Source of the DNA: the human T2T-CHM13v2.0 reference genome, Homo sapiens
DNA: 64,000 nucleotides
NCBI RefSeq assembly: GCF_009914755.1
Contig: NC_060927.1
Strand: one strand, 5' to 3'
Under the pieces are notes generated by a model that saw only the letters and a list, made by a program, of their open reading frames with translations, made no database searches and had not been told where the DNA came from. The translations under genes were made by a program, and so were the position numbers. Each line of letters begins with the position of its first letter. Position 1 is the stretch's first letter. Positions 1-16,494 of the stretch are shown here, in pieces.

Positions 1-117
1 ACTGTAGCCTGGTCTGCTCCTTCTTACTTTCTGTCATATATGCATTTCCTCCAACAAAATCTTTTCCTGTTTAATCCTTTCTTAATCTCTGTTTCTCAGA
101 GGACTGGGACTAACACA
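1..117 (+). mobile_element. 3' end of an ERVL-type LTR (LTR33/LTR16-like)
   Basis: Ends ...ctgtttctcagaggactgggactaacaca, typical of the U5 end of this family. Confidence 0.6.
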
Positions 118-329
118 GTGGGGATGGCGGGGTGGGGCGGGGCGGGGTGGGGTGAACGTTTGCAATGTGGGCAGGCTTGATTTACAAACATCTAGTTTCA
201 TTAGAGCTGGCGTGGTCCTGGGAGTGGGATCCTCTTTGGCTGCTCAAAGTCACAGTAGTGAGGGAAAGGGGAGCTACTCTCCCAGGGTCCAAGTTGAAAT
301 GCAGCTTCCCTTTCAAGCGTAAAGAAGTT

Positions 330-490
330 CTGGAACAGTTCTCTAACTTTAGGATGCCCAAGAATTCCGTGGGGAATACAAAGGAAATGCAGCTTCCAGG
401 GTCTATCCCCTGAGAGATTCCATTTCTGTGGGTCTGGGGATGGGATCAGCAATTTGCATTTTTGCAGGCTTCACAGGTGATTCTGAAACC
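330..490. mobile_element. MER5-type hAT-Charlie MITE
   Basis: ...gtgggtctggggatgggatcagcaatttgcattttt...caggtgattctga resembles the MER5A/B core. Confidence 0.6.
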
Positions 491-646
491 ATCACAGGGA
501 AAATAACTCTGCATATGTTGTAAAACTTTCCATGGATGCCAGTGCCCATGCTTATTTGATGCTCTCCCCAGCTGATAATTGATTAGTGTTTAGTAGTGAA
601 GGTATCAAGGCTAGGAGTAAGTTTGCTTTCCCTTCTTCCCTCCACC

Positions 647-943
647 TTTTTTTTTTTTTTTTGACAGAGTCTCATTATGTCGCCCAGGCTGGAGTGCAGT
701 GGTGCCATCTCTACTCACCGCAATCTCTGCCTCCTGGGTTCAAGCGATTCTCGTGCTTCAGCCTCCCTAGTAGCCAGGATTACAGGCGTGCACCACCACG
801 CCCAGCTAATTTTTGTATTTTTTAGTAGAGACAGGGTTTCACCATGTTGGCCAGGCTGGTCTCCAACTCCTGACCTCAGGTGATCCGCCCGCCTTGACCT
901 CCCAAAGTGCCGGGATTACAGGCACGAGCCACCGCACCCGGCC
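647..943 (-). mobile_element. Alu (AluS-like)
   Basis: Poly-T followed by an antisense Alu dimer. Confidence 0.95.
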
Positions 944-1040
944 TCACACTTATTTTTTGAAGCCCTTCTCTAGGTTAGAAAAAAATTGCTAAGAGTTTTG
1001 GTGCCTGAGAAGGAATGGTATGCTTTTTAACATCTGATAA

Positions 1041-1452
<412 letters not shown>

Positions 1453-1828
1453 TGGTTTAAATCAGGATTCCTGACACAAGGAATTCTTGCCTGCTGCCAA
1501 GCAAAGGCACATGCATGGACTTCATTACATTGTTACTGTTCTTCCATTCCAGGCCTTGAGAGTGGATTGTTTCTTTGTTTCTTATTGTAAACAGCAGCCT
1601 CCAGTCGTTTCAGAAGTAAGCACCGTAAAAACCAGTCCTCACTTATCTGACTCCTGAGAGTTGGAGGTGCTTCCAGTGGGCCAGGTTAATCTGTTTCTGT
1701 GCTTCCGTGGGAGGTTTAAAGCTGCAGAGAGGGTGTGGCAAAACAGGTGCCACCCTTGCAGGCAGAGCTGGGTGGAGGTGGATGGTGTAACCAGTGTGTT
1801 TGGAATGGGTGTTGGCTAATTCTGATCC

Positions 1829-1857
1829 CAGGCAGGCAGGCAGGCAGGCAGGCAGGC
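1829..1857. repeat. (CAGG)n microsatellite
   Basis: About 7 tandem caggcagg units seen directly. Confidence 0.9.
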
Positions 1858-4287
1858 GAGGTGAGGCAGAGAATGAATGTGCTGACTCATGCACTTCTCA
1901 GTTTCTCTTAGGGCGGAGGGCTGCCCCCAGGGGAGCTGGGGAATCTGGAAAGAAAAAGATGACAGTGGAGCTTAATATGAAGGCTGGGAAGAGTCTCAGC
2001 CACAAAAGTTCAAGGCCTCTTTCATTTGAACATTCCACCAGCAACCGTGTACTAAGGACCTATGAAGTGCAGGCCCTGCACTAGGGGCTGGATCTAGGGC
2101 CATCAGGATATCTGCCACCCCAGTCACTCAGGCCACCAAGTTCTTAGTTTTGGATCTGCCTTTGAGGACATCTGCCTGAGGTTGAAAGAATCTGGCTTCC
2201 TTCTTTTTTATTTCCCAGCATCTTTAAGCAGCTGCTCTTCAGTCTCAGCAAGGTGACATAGGCAGGTCACTTGAGCCACTTCACCTGTAGAATGGGTGCT
2301 GGGGTTGGGGTGGAGGGCAGTGGGGCTCTGAATCCCACTGTCTCCTCTCCTGTGTGCTGGCGTAAGCTCCTCTGCCTCTGGCACTGCGATGGCTGCACGT
2401 TCTGATAGAAGCCTGGCGGGGCAGAAGCCCTGTCCGGGGGGTCTTTATGCACCCAGCCCTAAGTACTGGCTCAGAGCCACCCCCAGAATGGGTTAACCCA
2501 CTGGGTGTTTGCATCGTATTTCTGGTTTTCATTAAGGAATTACCAGCACCAGTTCGCTCTATGGACATGTAGTTTTTCTTCCAAACAGAGCTCCAGTTCT
2601 AAGGGGCTGGGGCCAGAAAGCAGAGGCTGAGTTCTGAGCAGGCTCAGTCCATCTTCTGGAGGGGCCCCAAATGGGATTCACCTAAAAGAGAGAGAGAGAG
2701 CCCCCCTCAAACACTAGACTTCAAAACATGAGGCACAAAAGTGATGATACTACCAACAGGTTTTTATGCCCAGATCAAAGGTGGCTGGAGGATATTGCCT
2801 GCAAAACAAAACCCTGGCCCAGTTGCCCCCAGCTGGCATTAGGGACAGGACAAATTCTGGCCCATAGCAGCTGGAAGACTGTGGGCAAGTCACTGGCCAC
2901 CTTGGAGGCTTCCAGTCCTCCCAAGTAACATAGGGAGAATTCTGTCTCCTGTGGAGTTTTTGGGGAGATGCAGATGTGAGTACTCCAGAGACCAGGGACC
3001 AGGTAGTGTGTGGTCCTCACTGCTTTCAGCTCCCCTCTGCCTTCCAGGAAGATGAGGATGAGGATCTTGGGACTATATTCTGCAGGGGCAATAAGGAGCC
3101 ATTTGGGGCCCTGCTAGGTGCATTTTTGGAAACTAAATCATAGACACATGAGCACTCTTCAAAAGTTACCGTTTCAGAACTTGGTGAACTTTCAAGGCCC
3201 CCTAACTCCACAGCGTGGGCTTGCTTCCAAACGCTGCCCACCCTTGTAGGGCAGACAATTTCCTGTCCTTATTGAAAAAGTAAACTGAAACTTACTGAAC
3301 TGCAATGAGTGCATCTCTGAGTCTGTGATTACTGCTGAGTATTACATCTCTGACTGGTGAAGATCACTAATTAGCTAATGCCTGATGCTCACTGGGGTTC
3401 CTAAATGTTGTCCTTGTCCTATAAGGGAAGAGAATAAATGGAAGCGTGGAGGGGCCTGTCTGGGTCTGCAGGAGAAGAGTGAGCTCCTAGGGAAGCCCTG
3501 TCCCTTTGCCAAGGCTCACCTGGTTTCTTGGGACCTGGGTTAATGTGGTCACTTCAGAATGAGAGATTGCAGCTGGAATAATGACCTGAGCTGCAAACTC
3601 CACTTTCCAGGTGCTTCTAACCCTTCTTCCCTCTCAAATAAGTGCACTCAGCAAATTTTGTCTTAAAAATGTGGACATATTCTTACTTTCCCAGTCACTA
3701 GCATGGGGGGAAAGAAAGCACCTTTGCTTGGTAGATGTGATACTTGGCCTGATGCAGGAAGGAGACAAGCCCATGGACTGTTCCAGACGGGATCAGTGGA
3801 GAGGAGCGGGGAACTGAAAGAGAGGTGCTGCCAAGGAAGGGAGGAGTGGGGCATGGAAGACTCCCTCACCCTGTGAAGTAGACTTTCTGTTTCATTCCAC
3901 AAACTCAAGCAAGACCTAAGGAAATCATGACATGCTGAGTATGGCTGTGTTTTCGTGTGTGTGTGGAAGGAAGCTGGTGTACAGCCACAGCCTGCGCATG
4001 AATTGACGGAGGACAAGACACAATAAGAAGGATGGATGAGGGCACTGCTGACCTCCGGCCGGGCCTAGCCACAATGTCAGTCCCTGCTCTCAGGGAGGCC
4101 CTATCTTGAAGAAGACAGGCTACTGACTTGATGGTGTCCCCACCCACAGGCTGCTTTGGTGGCTTTGAGGCTGGGTGATCTTCATGGAGATCTCTATTAA
4201 TTATGTCTTGACCTTGCAAGGAGAGAAGAAAAGGCCCTTTCCCCCTTGCCCTGAGTTTCTCTTCTAAGGGTCTGGCCAGGACTGTAG

Positions 4288-4743
<456 letters not shown>

Positions 4744-4861
4744 AGAATCTGATTTTTGAAGTGTGACTGGACATCTAAATGAAATCATGGGACATGAAAA
4801 CATTGGTGGCTCACTAAAAAAAACTTTAGAAACAGTTTTTGTTTGTTTGTTTTTGTCAAGT

Positions 4862-5285
4862 AAAACCCCATCTGTATCCATCAATGGCTGAATGGATCAT
4901 AAGTGTGGTCTATCTGTAAAATAGAATGTTATTTAGACATAAACAAGAATGAAGTTCTGACACATGCTACAAACCTAAAAACCATTACGAACCTAAAAAA
5001 CATTATGCTAAGTGAAAGAAGCCAGACACAAAAAGCCACACAAGGCACAATTCCAATGTAATGAAATATCCGGAATAGGATTAAATCCATAGAGACAGAG
5101 AGGTTGGTGATTGTCAGGGGCTAGGGGGAGGATAGGTGGTAGGGTAAGTGTTTAATGTGTAAGGGATTCTTCTGGAGTGGTGAAAATGTTTGGAAGTGGA
5201 TGGAGGTGATCGTTGCACAACTCATTGTCACTGAGTTGTTCATTTAAAAGTGGCAAATTTTATGTTATGTGGATTTCACCTCATC
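4862..5285 (+). mobile_element. L1M (L1MB-like) 3' end fragment
   Basis: cattatgctaagtgaaagaagccagacacaaaa ... ttttatgttatgtggatttcacctca, typical of old L1 3' ends. Confidence 0.85.
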
Positions 5286-6369
5286 CCGCCCCCTCCAAAG
5301 AAAAAACTCCAACTGTCTGCCTCCATTACACATTTGCTATAAGGCTCACCTGGTGAGGAGCCTCACTCGGGCCATTCTTCCTTCCCAGGAATGAGTCTGG
5401 TAGTGTCCATGGCCCAAGTCGGGGATGGGGAGCTGGTTCCAGCGTGGCTGTGAGGTTGGGCACTGAGTGTGGGGAACCCAACAGCATGGGGTGGCTCCCT
5501 GTGCAGACCTGCTGTGATGGGCATCTCTGGTCTTCAGGAGCTGCAGTGCCAGGTTAGGGCTGGGGAGAAGCACTTGACAATGGTCTCGGGTAGCAAAAGG
5601 AGCCACAGTGATGCCTGTGCCCATCAGGAACCAAGATGGGCCCTCTCCCTGTTTTCTCGGCACCACACACACTCTGAAATTTTGGTAGAATCCAAAGGAA
5701 GTGTGGCAATGACTGCTCCTGCACATCCTCCAGGTAAAGGGACACAGAGTCACATTTAGTTTGATTTAGAAAAGAAAAAAAGTACCACTCCCAGGGGACC
5801 ACCCAAAGAGCTTGGGTAACCCAGGGTCTGCAGGGAGGCAGGAGGGTGGATATACTTATCCAAGTGTACTTACCCAACCTTTTTTGGGTAAGGAAGACTA
5901 ACTAAATGTGTACAGAAAAGGTGGGCATGGGCATGGTGCAGGGAATAATTGGCTTAAATAACATGAGCATCCCAGGGTAGGCCACCGTCGGGTGCACTCT
6001 TACTAGGGTGGAATGCTGCCGGGACCTGTTGTTTGTTTTTCTTCCCTTCGTATTCACTCCACTCTCAGGTGGGCTCTCTCCTGGGATCGCTAGAAGGCTG
6101 CAGCAGTCTCCCATGTCTCTCAGCAGGTGTTTCTGACTCAGCAAAAGTGGCCTTGAGTCTTGTTGTCCTCAGTTCCTGAAGCTATCACTGTGTATCAAGG
6201 GAGCCCAGGGGCAGCCCCACACTGCATCCCTAGAGTAGGTCTGGTTTCAGCCTTGCTTCAGCAAATGGACTGAAACTGGGGTAAGTATGTGGTTTTCTAG
6301 TGAAATTGGGGGATATCCCTGGAAGGAGGGTGAATGGATGCTTGGTGGTCACATAAGCAACCACAAAGT

Positions 6370-6720
6370 TCTAGATGGGAAGGCTTCCTGGAGGAAGTGA
6401 CGTCTAAGCTGAAGGATAGAGATATCTTGGCCTTGATGGTGAGACTGCCTAGTCAGAGCAGTATGTGTGCATCTCAGAGGCGAGCCAGAGCATGCTCAGA
6501 GCCCAGGGAGTTCAGGATCTAGGGGCACGTGGTGCATGTGGGAGCATGGTGGGAGGGGCTGTTCCCGAGGTCTGGAGAACCATCCTCAAGGACTGTGTTT
6601 GCCAGGCCAAAAGGGCATCAGCTTATCCTGAAGAACATGGGGAGCCATGGAAAGCTTTTAAGCAGGGAACAAATATGGTCAGATTTGTGTGAAGCAAAGA
6701 CGACTCTGGGTGCTGTGGGC
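6370..6720 (-). mobile_element. L2 fragment
   Basis: ggaaggcttcctggaggaagtgac ... ggagccatggaaagcttttaagcaggg...cagatttgtg, an antisense L2 signature. Confidence 0.7.
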
Positions 6721-7539
6721 AACCCCCCAACATCTATTATCTATAGAAAGTCATCAAGTCATCCTCTGTAAGGGGCTTACTATACCCACCCCTGGGAAAG
6801 ACTCCTTTAATCTAATGATTTCCATCTACAAGTTTAGGTTTTTTTTTTCTTAATTTAAATTATAAAATATTTTGAACATAGAGAAAATTAGGTACCACTT
6901 ACTCGGATTTAACAGAAGTTAACTTATTGCTGCAGTTGCTCAGATACTGTCATTTTATTTCAGAAATAAGAAGTAACACACATAGACACATTTCTCTTCC
7001 TGCCTGCCCAGAAAACCACTACCTCAAAGTAAGTTTCAATCTTTCCCATATATGTTTTTACACTTTTGTTATGAACATCATAATATATATACATAAGTGT
7101 GCATTGAACACTTTGTTTTTACATTTCCTTGGAATACACTTAAGAATTCTGTCTTTCTTAATTGCTTACAGCACAAAGACCAGGTCTTCACGAGTAAGCT
7201 GAAATAGAGCATTGACACTGATATTAGGCTAATTTATGCCCACGAAATGCTTTGGCCTAAACTATTCTGAGAAGCAAGGAGAACATCTGCCTTACTTCAA
7301 AAGAGCTGTTCATAAGCACAGTCTCCCACTTAATTGCTTGATAGGGTCTTGGCTTAAGCCCCAGAAAGGATCAAACAAATCATCCATATGCTCTATTGGA
7401 GTTTACATCTTTCAAAAGAGTCTTGAGTCAGTATTAAGATCTTCTGGGATCTCAGATCTTAGCTTCCTTTTATTTCCTTTCCCCCACAACCCCAAGAACA
7501 GTCCCTTAAATCACCTTGGTGCTTCCTTTCTGGGCTTCC

Positions 7540-8930
<1,391 letters not shown>

Positions 8931-9270
8931 CCTCATGGGAGAAGTGGACAGCTTTCCCACTATGGGGTGATGGCACTTGGGTAGGTCTGATTCGCATCTC
9001 TGGTTTTGATGGGGCTGAGAAATCAACGCTCTGAAGTTCTGCTATTTTTACAGTTGGGTCCTAAAGCTGCCCTTCAGCACGGTCTGCCTTTTGGCTATAA
9101 GAGAGGAGCCACTATGCCTTTAACCACTGCCAAGGAAGCCCTCTGACTTTCACAGTTTGAACTGATGATGACTTGTCATTGGCCTGTTATTTTCTCTCTT
9201 TAAAGCATGAATGGTGGTTAGCAAGAGCTACCCAATTTCACAGTCTTTATAATAATACTTTCTCCCTTGA

Positions 9271-9859
<589 letters not shown>

Positions 9860-10494
9860 TGCCTCCCATATTTTTTTACATGCCAGAGCCATTGTAAGAT
9901 CCAGTGCATCCCCTTCCACCTATATCTTATTCCAGTTAACCACACACGAGGGTCTTTGCATTTGTGTAGCTAGAGCAAACCAGGCAGAGAAAAAACGGAA
10001 GTGATTTGTCCAGTTCACCCAGTGAGTTAAAAACCAAGCCAGCACTAGTAGTCCTTCTGAGCTCTACAGAGTAGAGAGTAGAGGTGGGGCTTTCTAGATT
10101 CCAAGAAACATAAACTCCCTCAAACTACCTCAACTAAGAGTGAGCACAGTTATTGCAAAGATCCTCATGCTCAGGAGGGCAGGGAAGCCTAAGATCCAGG
10201 CCTAGGAAACCACAGAACTAGGTCTACCAAGGCCAGATCAGTGTAGAATACCTGTGGGACCACGATGGAAGGAGCGAGGACTCTCCACTCTAGAGCTGGG
10301 GACTTGCTGTGGGCTTGCCCTCCTCTCTTCCCTCCATCCACTGGCCTTTTTTGTCCACACTTGAGAGCTAGGAAATCGGATTAGCACAACTAATCACTGT
10401 TACTGCTGGGAAGAGGTTTTACCATCAGACCACATCCTGGGCTATTGACCAGGCTGCCTCAGCTGTCATGAGACCAAGCAGGAGGTGGCAGAGC

Positions 10495-10715
10495 CACTGA
10501 GTGTGACCAGAGCCCTGGAACTGAGCTGCCTCGTTTTGCATCCTGGCCCCACCACAACAAGCCATATGTCCTTGGCTAAGTCATTTATCCTTTCTGCACC
10601 CACTTCTCATTTGTAAAATAGGGGATGATAATAATACCCACTGCACAGGGTTGTTAGGAGGGTTACATGAGTTAAAATTGCTTAAAGCCCTTAGAATAGT
10701 ACCTGGCACATAGTC
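10495..10715 (+). mobile_element. MIR
   Basis: Core ttctcatttgtaaaataggggatgataataata ... gtacctggcacatagt. Confidence 0.85.
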
Positions 10716-10999
10716 CATAGTCTGTGTTTGCCCAAAGCAAAAAACAAACACGTACTGTATGGCAGAGTGGGAGCAGAGAGGAAAGTAGAGAAAACCTGCA
10801 AAGGGAGGAAAAAATTTGTTAAGGGAAGGTCAGGCTCCTGGAATTGTTTCAGTTGCCAAATCTCTCATTTTCACTCTAGTCCATGTATTTCCTATAGGAA
10901 ACCTATTTTCTATGAAATAGTCTGAGTTAGTTTTCTTTTTCTCTTTGCTACCAAAAGAAGTCTTTCTGAAGCAAATACCCTTTTTTTCCACTTCCACAC

Positions 11000-11200
11000 A
11001 TTGAAGCCCCACCTTCACTTTAAACTCTCGCTTGGCCCTTCCTTCCTCCATGAAGACTTCCCAGATTGGCCAAGTCAGGACTCTCCTCTTCCAAGTCCCT
11101 GTAGCACAATCTGTATCTCCTTTATGCTTCTCACTGCTTTCTACTTTGCATTGTGGGCATTTGTGTGCATACCTTTGCTCCTCTGATAAACTACACAGTG
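11000..11200 (+). mobile_element. L2 fragment
   Basis: ccttcctccatgaagacttccc...ctgtagcac... resembles the L2 3' region. Confidence 0.5.
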
Positions 11201-11892
11201 TCTGCAAAGTAAGCTGACGTACGTCAACATACATAACATCGTCAAGAGCTTTTCAATCTATAGAAAAATAAAATATGATCTACATCTCCAGACTTTGTGG
11301 CCACACCATAGATGCTCCTAGTACACATGAACCTGTCTTATTCCATTTTGAAGGCACCCTAGCAGGTTACTGTTGTATCCTGATATATTATATATTGTGA
11401 TAGTATATTTTATACACTGTTAGAGCCTGTTACAGGGAGAGGGAGGCTTCTTAGGCTGCCCTGACACCTAGCTCCTCCCAGGGGAGGAAGAATTGGTAAC
11501 ATGAGTGGTCAGATCCCGAGACATGGATTGGGCGGCAGTTTACCAGTGGGTTGGGTCACTGAGTGTCAGAGGTGAGGGCACACTAGAGAGTTTCCCCTTG
11601 CCCTTCCCATCCATGTGTGGTAAGTATAAATAAGCAAAGCCTGTCTTCTCCGGGCAGGCCCAGGCATCCTTTGCTCCTTCACTTTCTGTTCCGTGTAGTG
11701 CACACAACCTGGCAAGACCTGCCTCTTTCTAGTCTACTTTCTCCACCTAAGGTTGGAAGCTTCAGATTCGGGTACCTGAGATTCATGGGGAGTCGGGTTG
11801 GTGTGTGAAAATCAAGGGTTCTTTTAGGCTTCCTAATCTGAACTGCTTGCTCCACATCAGCTCGTACCAGAACTCTGCACTGGGATTCTCAG

Positions 11893-12027
11893 TAGGGACA
11901 CCATATAACTCATGATCCAACCAGGCATCTTGAGAGTGAAGAGGGGTCCAGTTATTAACATGGACACTGAGAAAATAGGCACAAACTGGGCATGTTCCAA
12001 TGACACCAGGGCATATGGTCATGCTAG
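11893..12027 (+). mobile_element. MER94-like hAT-Blackjack MITE
   Basis: tagggacaccatataa...ttgagagtgaagagggg...catatggtcatgcta, with decayed terminal inverted repeats. Confidence 0.75.
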
Positions 12028-12237
12028 TTACAGGGTCTTCCTCTGTGTTTATGCAGCACTACCTTATTTCCCATTTAGTTCTCATTCCTTATGAGTACAG
12101 TCCCTTTGATGAGAAATCCCAGGGGTAGAAGAGAGGAATGTCAGAATCGGAAAACCAAAACCCAACCTTGAATACCTTATACATATAATAGACTCTTGAT
12201 TAATATGGGTGAAAGAATAATGAATGTAGCTGAATTA

Positions 12238-12570
<333 letters not shown>

Positions 12571-12892
12571 ATAATAAAAATAGAAGTCAATATTATGGCA
12601 GTACCAGTGATTAAGAAAAATAACCTTTAAAACATTTTTCTTTCCTTTGATGGATCTGAGTCAGAATAGGCTTGGGATCCCAGCTCGTCACTTAGGAACT
12701 GTGTCATTCTGGGCATGCTGCTTAACTCAGGGCTGTGTATGTGTGATCTGAATGTCATTTGGGGGTCTTCCTGCCCCATGGAGATTTAGGAAATTTGACT
12801 TAAACACAGTGTGTAGTGGGTTAAGTAAACTCAGAGTTTGCCTCACAGTTTCTGCATGTTCTAATTCCTAATTCTTTTTAAAAACTTTTTTG

Positions 12893-13195
12893 GGCTGGGT
12901 GTGGTGGCTCACGCCTGTAGTCCTACTACTTTGGGAGGCCAAGGCAGCAGGATCGCTTGAGCCCAGGAGTTTGAGACCAGCCTGGGGCAATATAGTGAGA
13001 CCTCATCTCTACTAAAAAATTTTAAGATTAAAAAAAATTAAATTAGTCAAGTGTAGTGGTGTGCACCTGTAGTTGCAGCTACTCAGGAGGCCGGGGTGGG
13101 AGGATTACTTGAGCCTGGGAGGTCAAGGCTGCAGTGAGCCATGATCATGCCACTGCACTCCAGCCCGGGCAACAGAGTGAGATCCTGTCTCAAAA
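12893..13195 (+). mobile_element. Alu (AluJ-like)
   Basis: Sense dimer with J-type gaggtcaaggctgcagtgagccatgatc. Confidence 0.93.
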
Positions 13196-13672
13196 GACTT
13201 TTTTGTTTGGGTTTTTCTCTGCCTTCACCCTGTATGTCTGTGTGTGTTGCCTCACAGCAAACCCAAATGTAAATTTTAGCCCCCACCACTGTTTTCCATA
13301 GGAAACCTAACCTTTCTCAACATTTCGTGAGTTTGGTGAATTCCGTGACACTTGGAGGAGCTATGCAGAAAGCTCACCACCTGCCATGGGCATCTACCAT
13401 CCGGGTGCCCGCAGCCCTTCTTCGTTTTTCCACTTGGTTATTTTCCAGAGTTCCTCTCTTCCCCTTTTCATTCCATAAACATTTGTGGAACACAGTCCAG
13501 CCTCTTTATGACTTCTTCCATGAGAACAGCATGCCCCACCCACCCTGCCCCACTGCTCTCTTCTAAAGCCTTCTCCTGATTTTTGGTGAAGAAAATTTTC
13601 TCCATCCCATTTCTTGAATAAAAAACACAGCACCATGAACACACCTTAGGCTGTGGAGATTCCCACTAGTGA

Positions 13673-14182
<510 letters not shown>

Positions 14183-14429
14183 TGAGAAGTAGAACAATTC
14201 CTTTGGAACATGTTGTGTCATTTAACTTTAAAACTTCAGGGTTTCTCTTTCTATGATACAGTTGCAAGGTTGAGCTGTCTCTTAAACCTATCAGCAATTA
14301 TGATAGTTACCTTTGGGTTCACAAAAGGAATAAAAAGAGAAAGGAAAAATATAGAGACAGAGAATCCCTAAGCTGCTTTCTCCAACTGGGCAAGAGCTGG
14401 AAGAATGGAGGAAGGAGTAAGCTAAATGG

Positions 14430-14990
14430 TTATATCAGTTAGGATATTTTCAGATACAAGCAACAGAAATACCAACTGACAGTGGACCAACCAATATAAA
14501 TACCCAAGCCGGGGTGTCTCCAACATTGATAGTTTGGCAGCTCAACGACAGGACCAAATACCTGGGTTCTTTCCTTGTTTTTGCTCTTTTATCATTAGGT
14601 TGGCTCTCCTTAGTCCCAGGATGGCCACCACAGTTCTAGTATCATCAGCAGACCCAACCATGTCTAGTGATAAAAGGGGGAGGTATGTCTCTTTTACCAG
14701 TAAAAAATGATTCCCAGGCTTGGCCCAGTGGCTCATGCCTATAATCCCAGCACTTTGGGAGGCCAAGATGGATTGTTTGAGACTAGGAGTTTGAGGCCAG
14801 TCTGAGAAACATGATGAGACCCCATCTCTATTAAAAAGCCAAACCAAAACAAAAATGGTTCCCAAAACTCCCCATAAACATTCACTCATATTTCATTGGC
14901 CAAAATTGTATGATATGTTCCTGCCTAACCCAATCACAGGTGAGGGTAATGGTGCCACCAACATTGGCTTACACTAATTAGCACCCACTC
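14430..14990 (-). mobile_element. MaLR LTR (MLT1K-like), interrupted by an Alu monomer
   Basis: Starts tatatcagttaggatattttcagatacaagcaacagaaa and includes tttcattggccaaaattg...ccaatcacagg, antisense MLT1 features. Confidence 0.7.
14717..14853 (+). mobile_element. Alu left monomer (FLAM-like)
   Basis: Single arm plus A-rich tail, TSD aaaaatg(a/g)ttccca. Confidence 0.85.
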
Positions 14991-15299
14991 TTTGGGAGAT
15001 GAAGTTGGGCTCATCCCCTACAAATCATGTAACTGCCGTGGAGGAAGGTAGGTACAGAACAAAGCTGGGATCTTGTTGGACAAGCGGTTGGGTAGCAGCC
15101 ATATGTCTGGGAGCTAATTGATCCATGAGTAGTGGAGACAGAAGAAAGGAGGAATGGGCTGAAGGAGGGCACCCATTGCCTGGCAGGAGAGGAAAGAGAT
15201 GGTGGGTCAGACATCTCTATGGCAAGAGTGAGGTACTGCTGTTAGTCAAGGACATTTTGGTGATTTTCTGAAAAGCCTCAGGGTGGGTAGGAGTTGGGG

Positions 15300-15640
15300 A
15301 AAGTATTTTCACGGTGGCCATGTTAAGTAGAAGCTCTTTTGAATATGGTGCTTCTCACCTTGGGCGATTCTCTGGTGAGATGTCATTTGCAGTCTGTGAT
15401 AATAGTGGCTTCTGCTTCAAAATTTCCATTCCATCTTCTTCTGCACTGACTTTCACTAACACTGAACGTCTCTTTCCTTTTTGCAGACTCTTTAAAGCCA
15501 TAGCTTTTCTTTTCATTTCTTTCCCATGTCTTTAATTTTCATGAGGTCTCAACAAATAATTTCCTCATCTTTAGTGTCCTGTCTAGAAACTCCAAGTAGG
15601 TACACAGCTGCAGATTTCAGCTCAGATTCTGTTCTGCATG
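15300..15640 (-). mobile_element. Putative decayed LINE ORF1-like (RRM/CTD) coding remnant
   Basis: Minus-strand ELKSAAVYLLGVSRQDTKDEEII, then after a frameshift KGKRRSVLVKVSAEEDGMEILKQKPLLSQTANDISPENRPR; resembles LINE ORF1 motifs. Confidence 0.5.
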
Positions 15641-16205
15641 GCTACAAAAATGTTCCATACCACAGTAGCTGTCCTTTCAGATTCCCAGTGACCTGATAGA
15701 TATACCCATCTATTAATGGATCCCACTAATCATGTAGACCAGGACTCTGGGATAACCAGCTCTTAGCTGATTTCAGGTCTATGGCATAAAGCCTGCAGAG
15801 CATAATTTAAATGCATTTTTAAAGCAAACTGGTTTGCAGAGAACCCCGTATTGTGATGTGTTTCCATAATGGCACCAGTGTCTGCTCAAGTCTGTAATGA
15901 AACATGCAATAATGCTCCCACAAAATCCACCAGGAAAGATTCCCATAAGTGGAAGAGTTTTATTGCCAGCAGGTTTTATATCTTAATTCTCTCACCCCCA
16001 TTTCTCTGAAATACAATTTAAATAGTCCTTTAAAAAATTTTTGACTCCTCAGAAGTCAAATGTACTCTGTGGAGATGAGGCTGTTGGTTGAGATGATTCC
16101 AGTTAGGAAGTATTTTTGGTGGGTTGCACAAGGGCCCTGATGTATAAAAATCCCCCCCATCCCAACCCAGCTTCTCTTTGTATGCATGGGATCTTTTTAA
16201 AAATA

Positions 16206-16494
<289 letters not shown>

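Noticed and set aside
11215-11226. Perfect 12-bp palindrome TGACGTACGTCA (two CRE half-sites)
   Set aside because: Palindromes this short are expected by chance in 64 kb; no supporting context.
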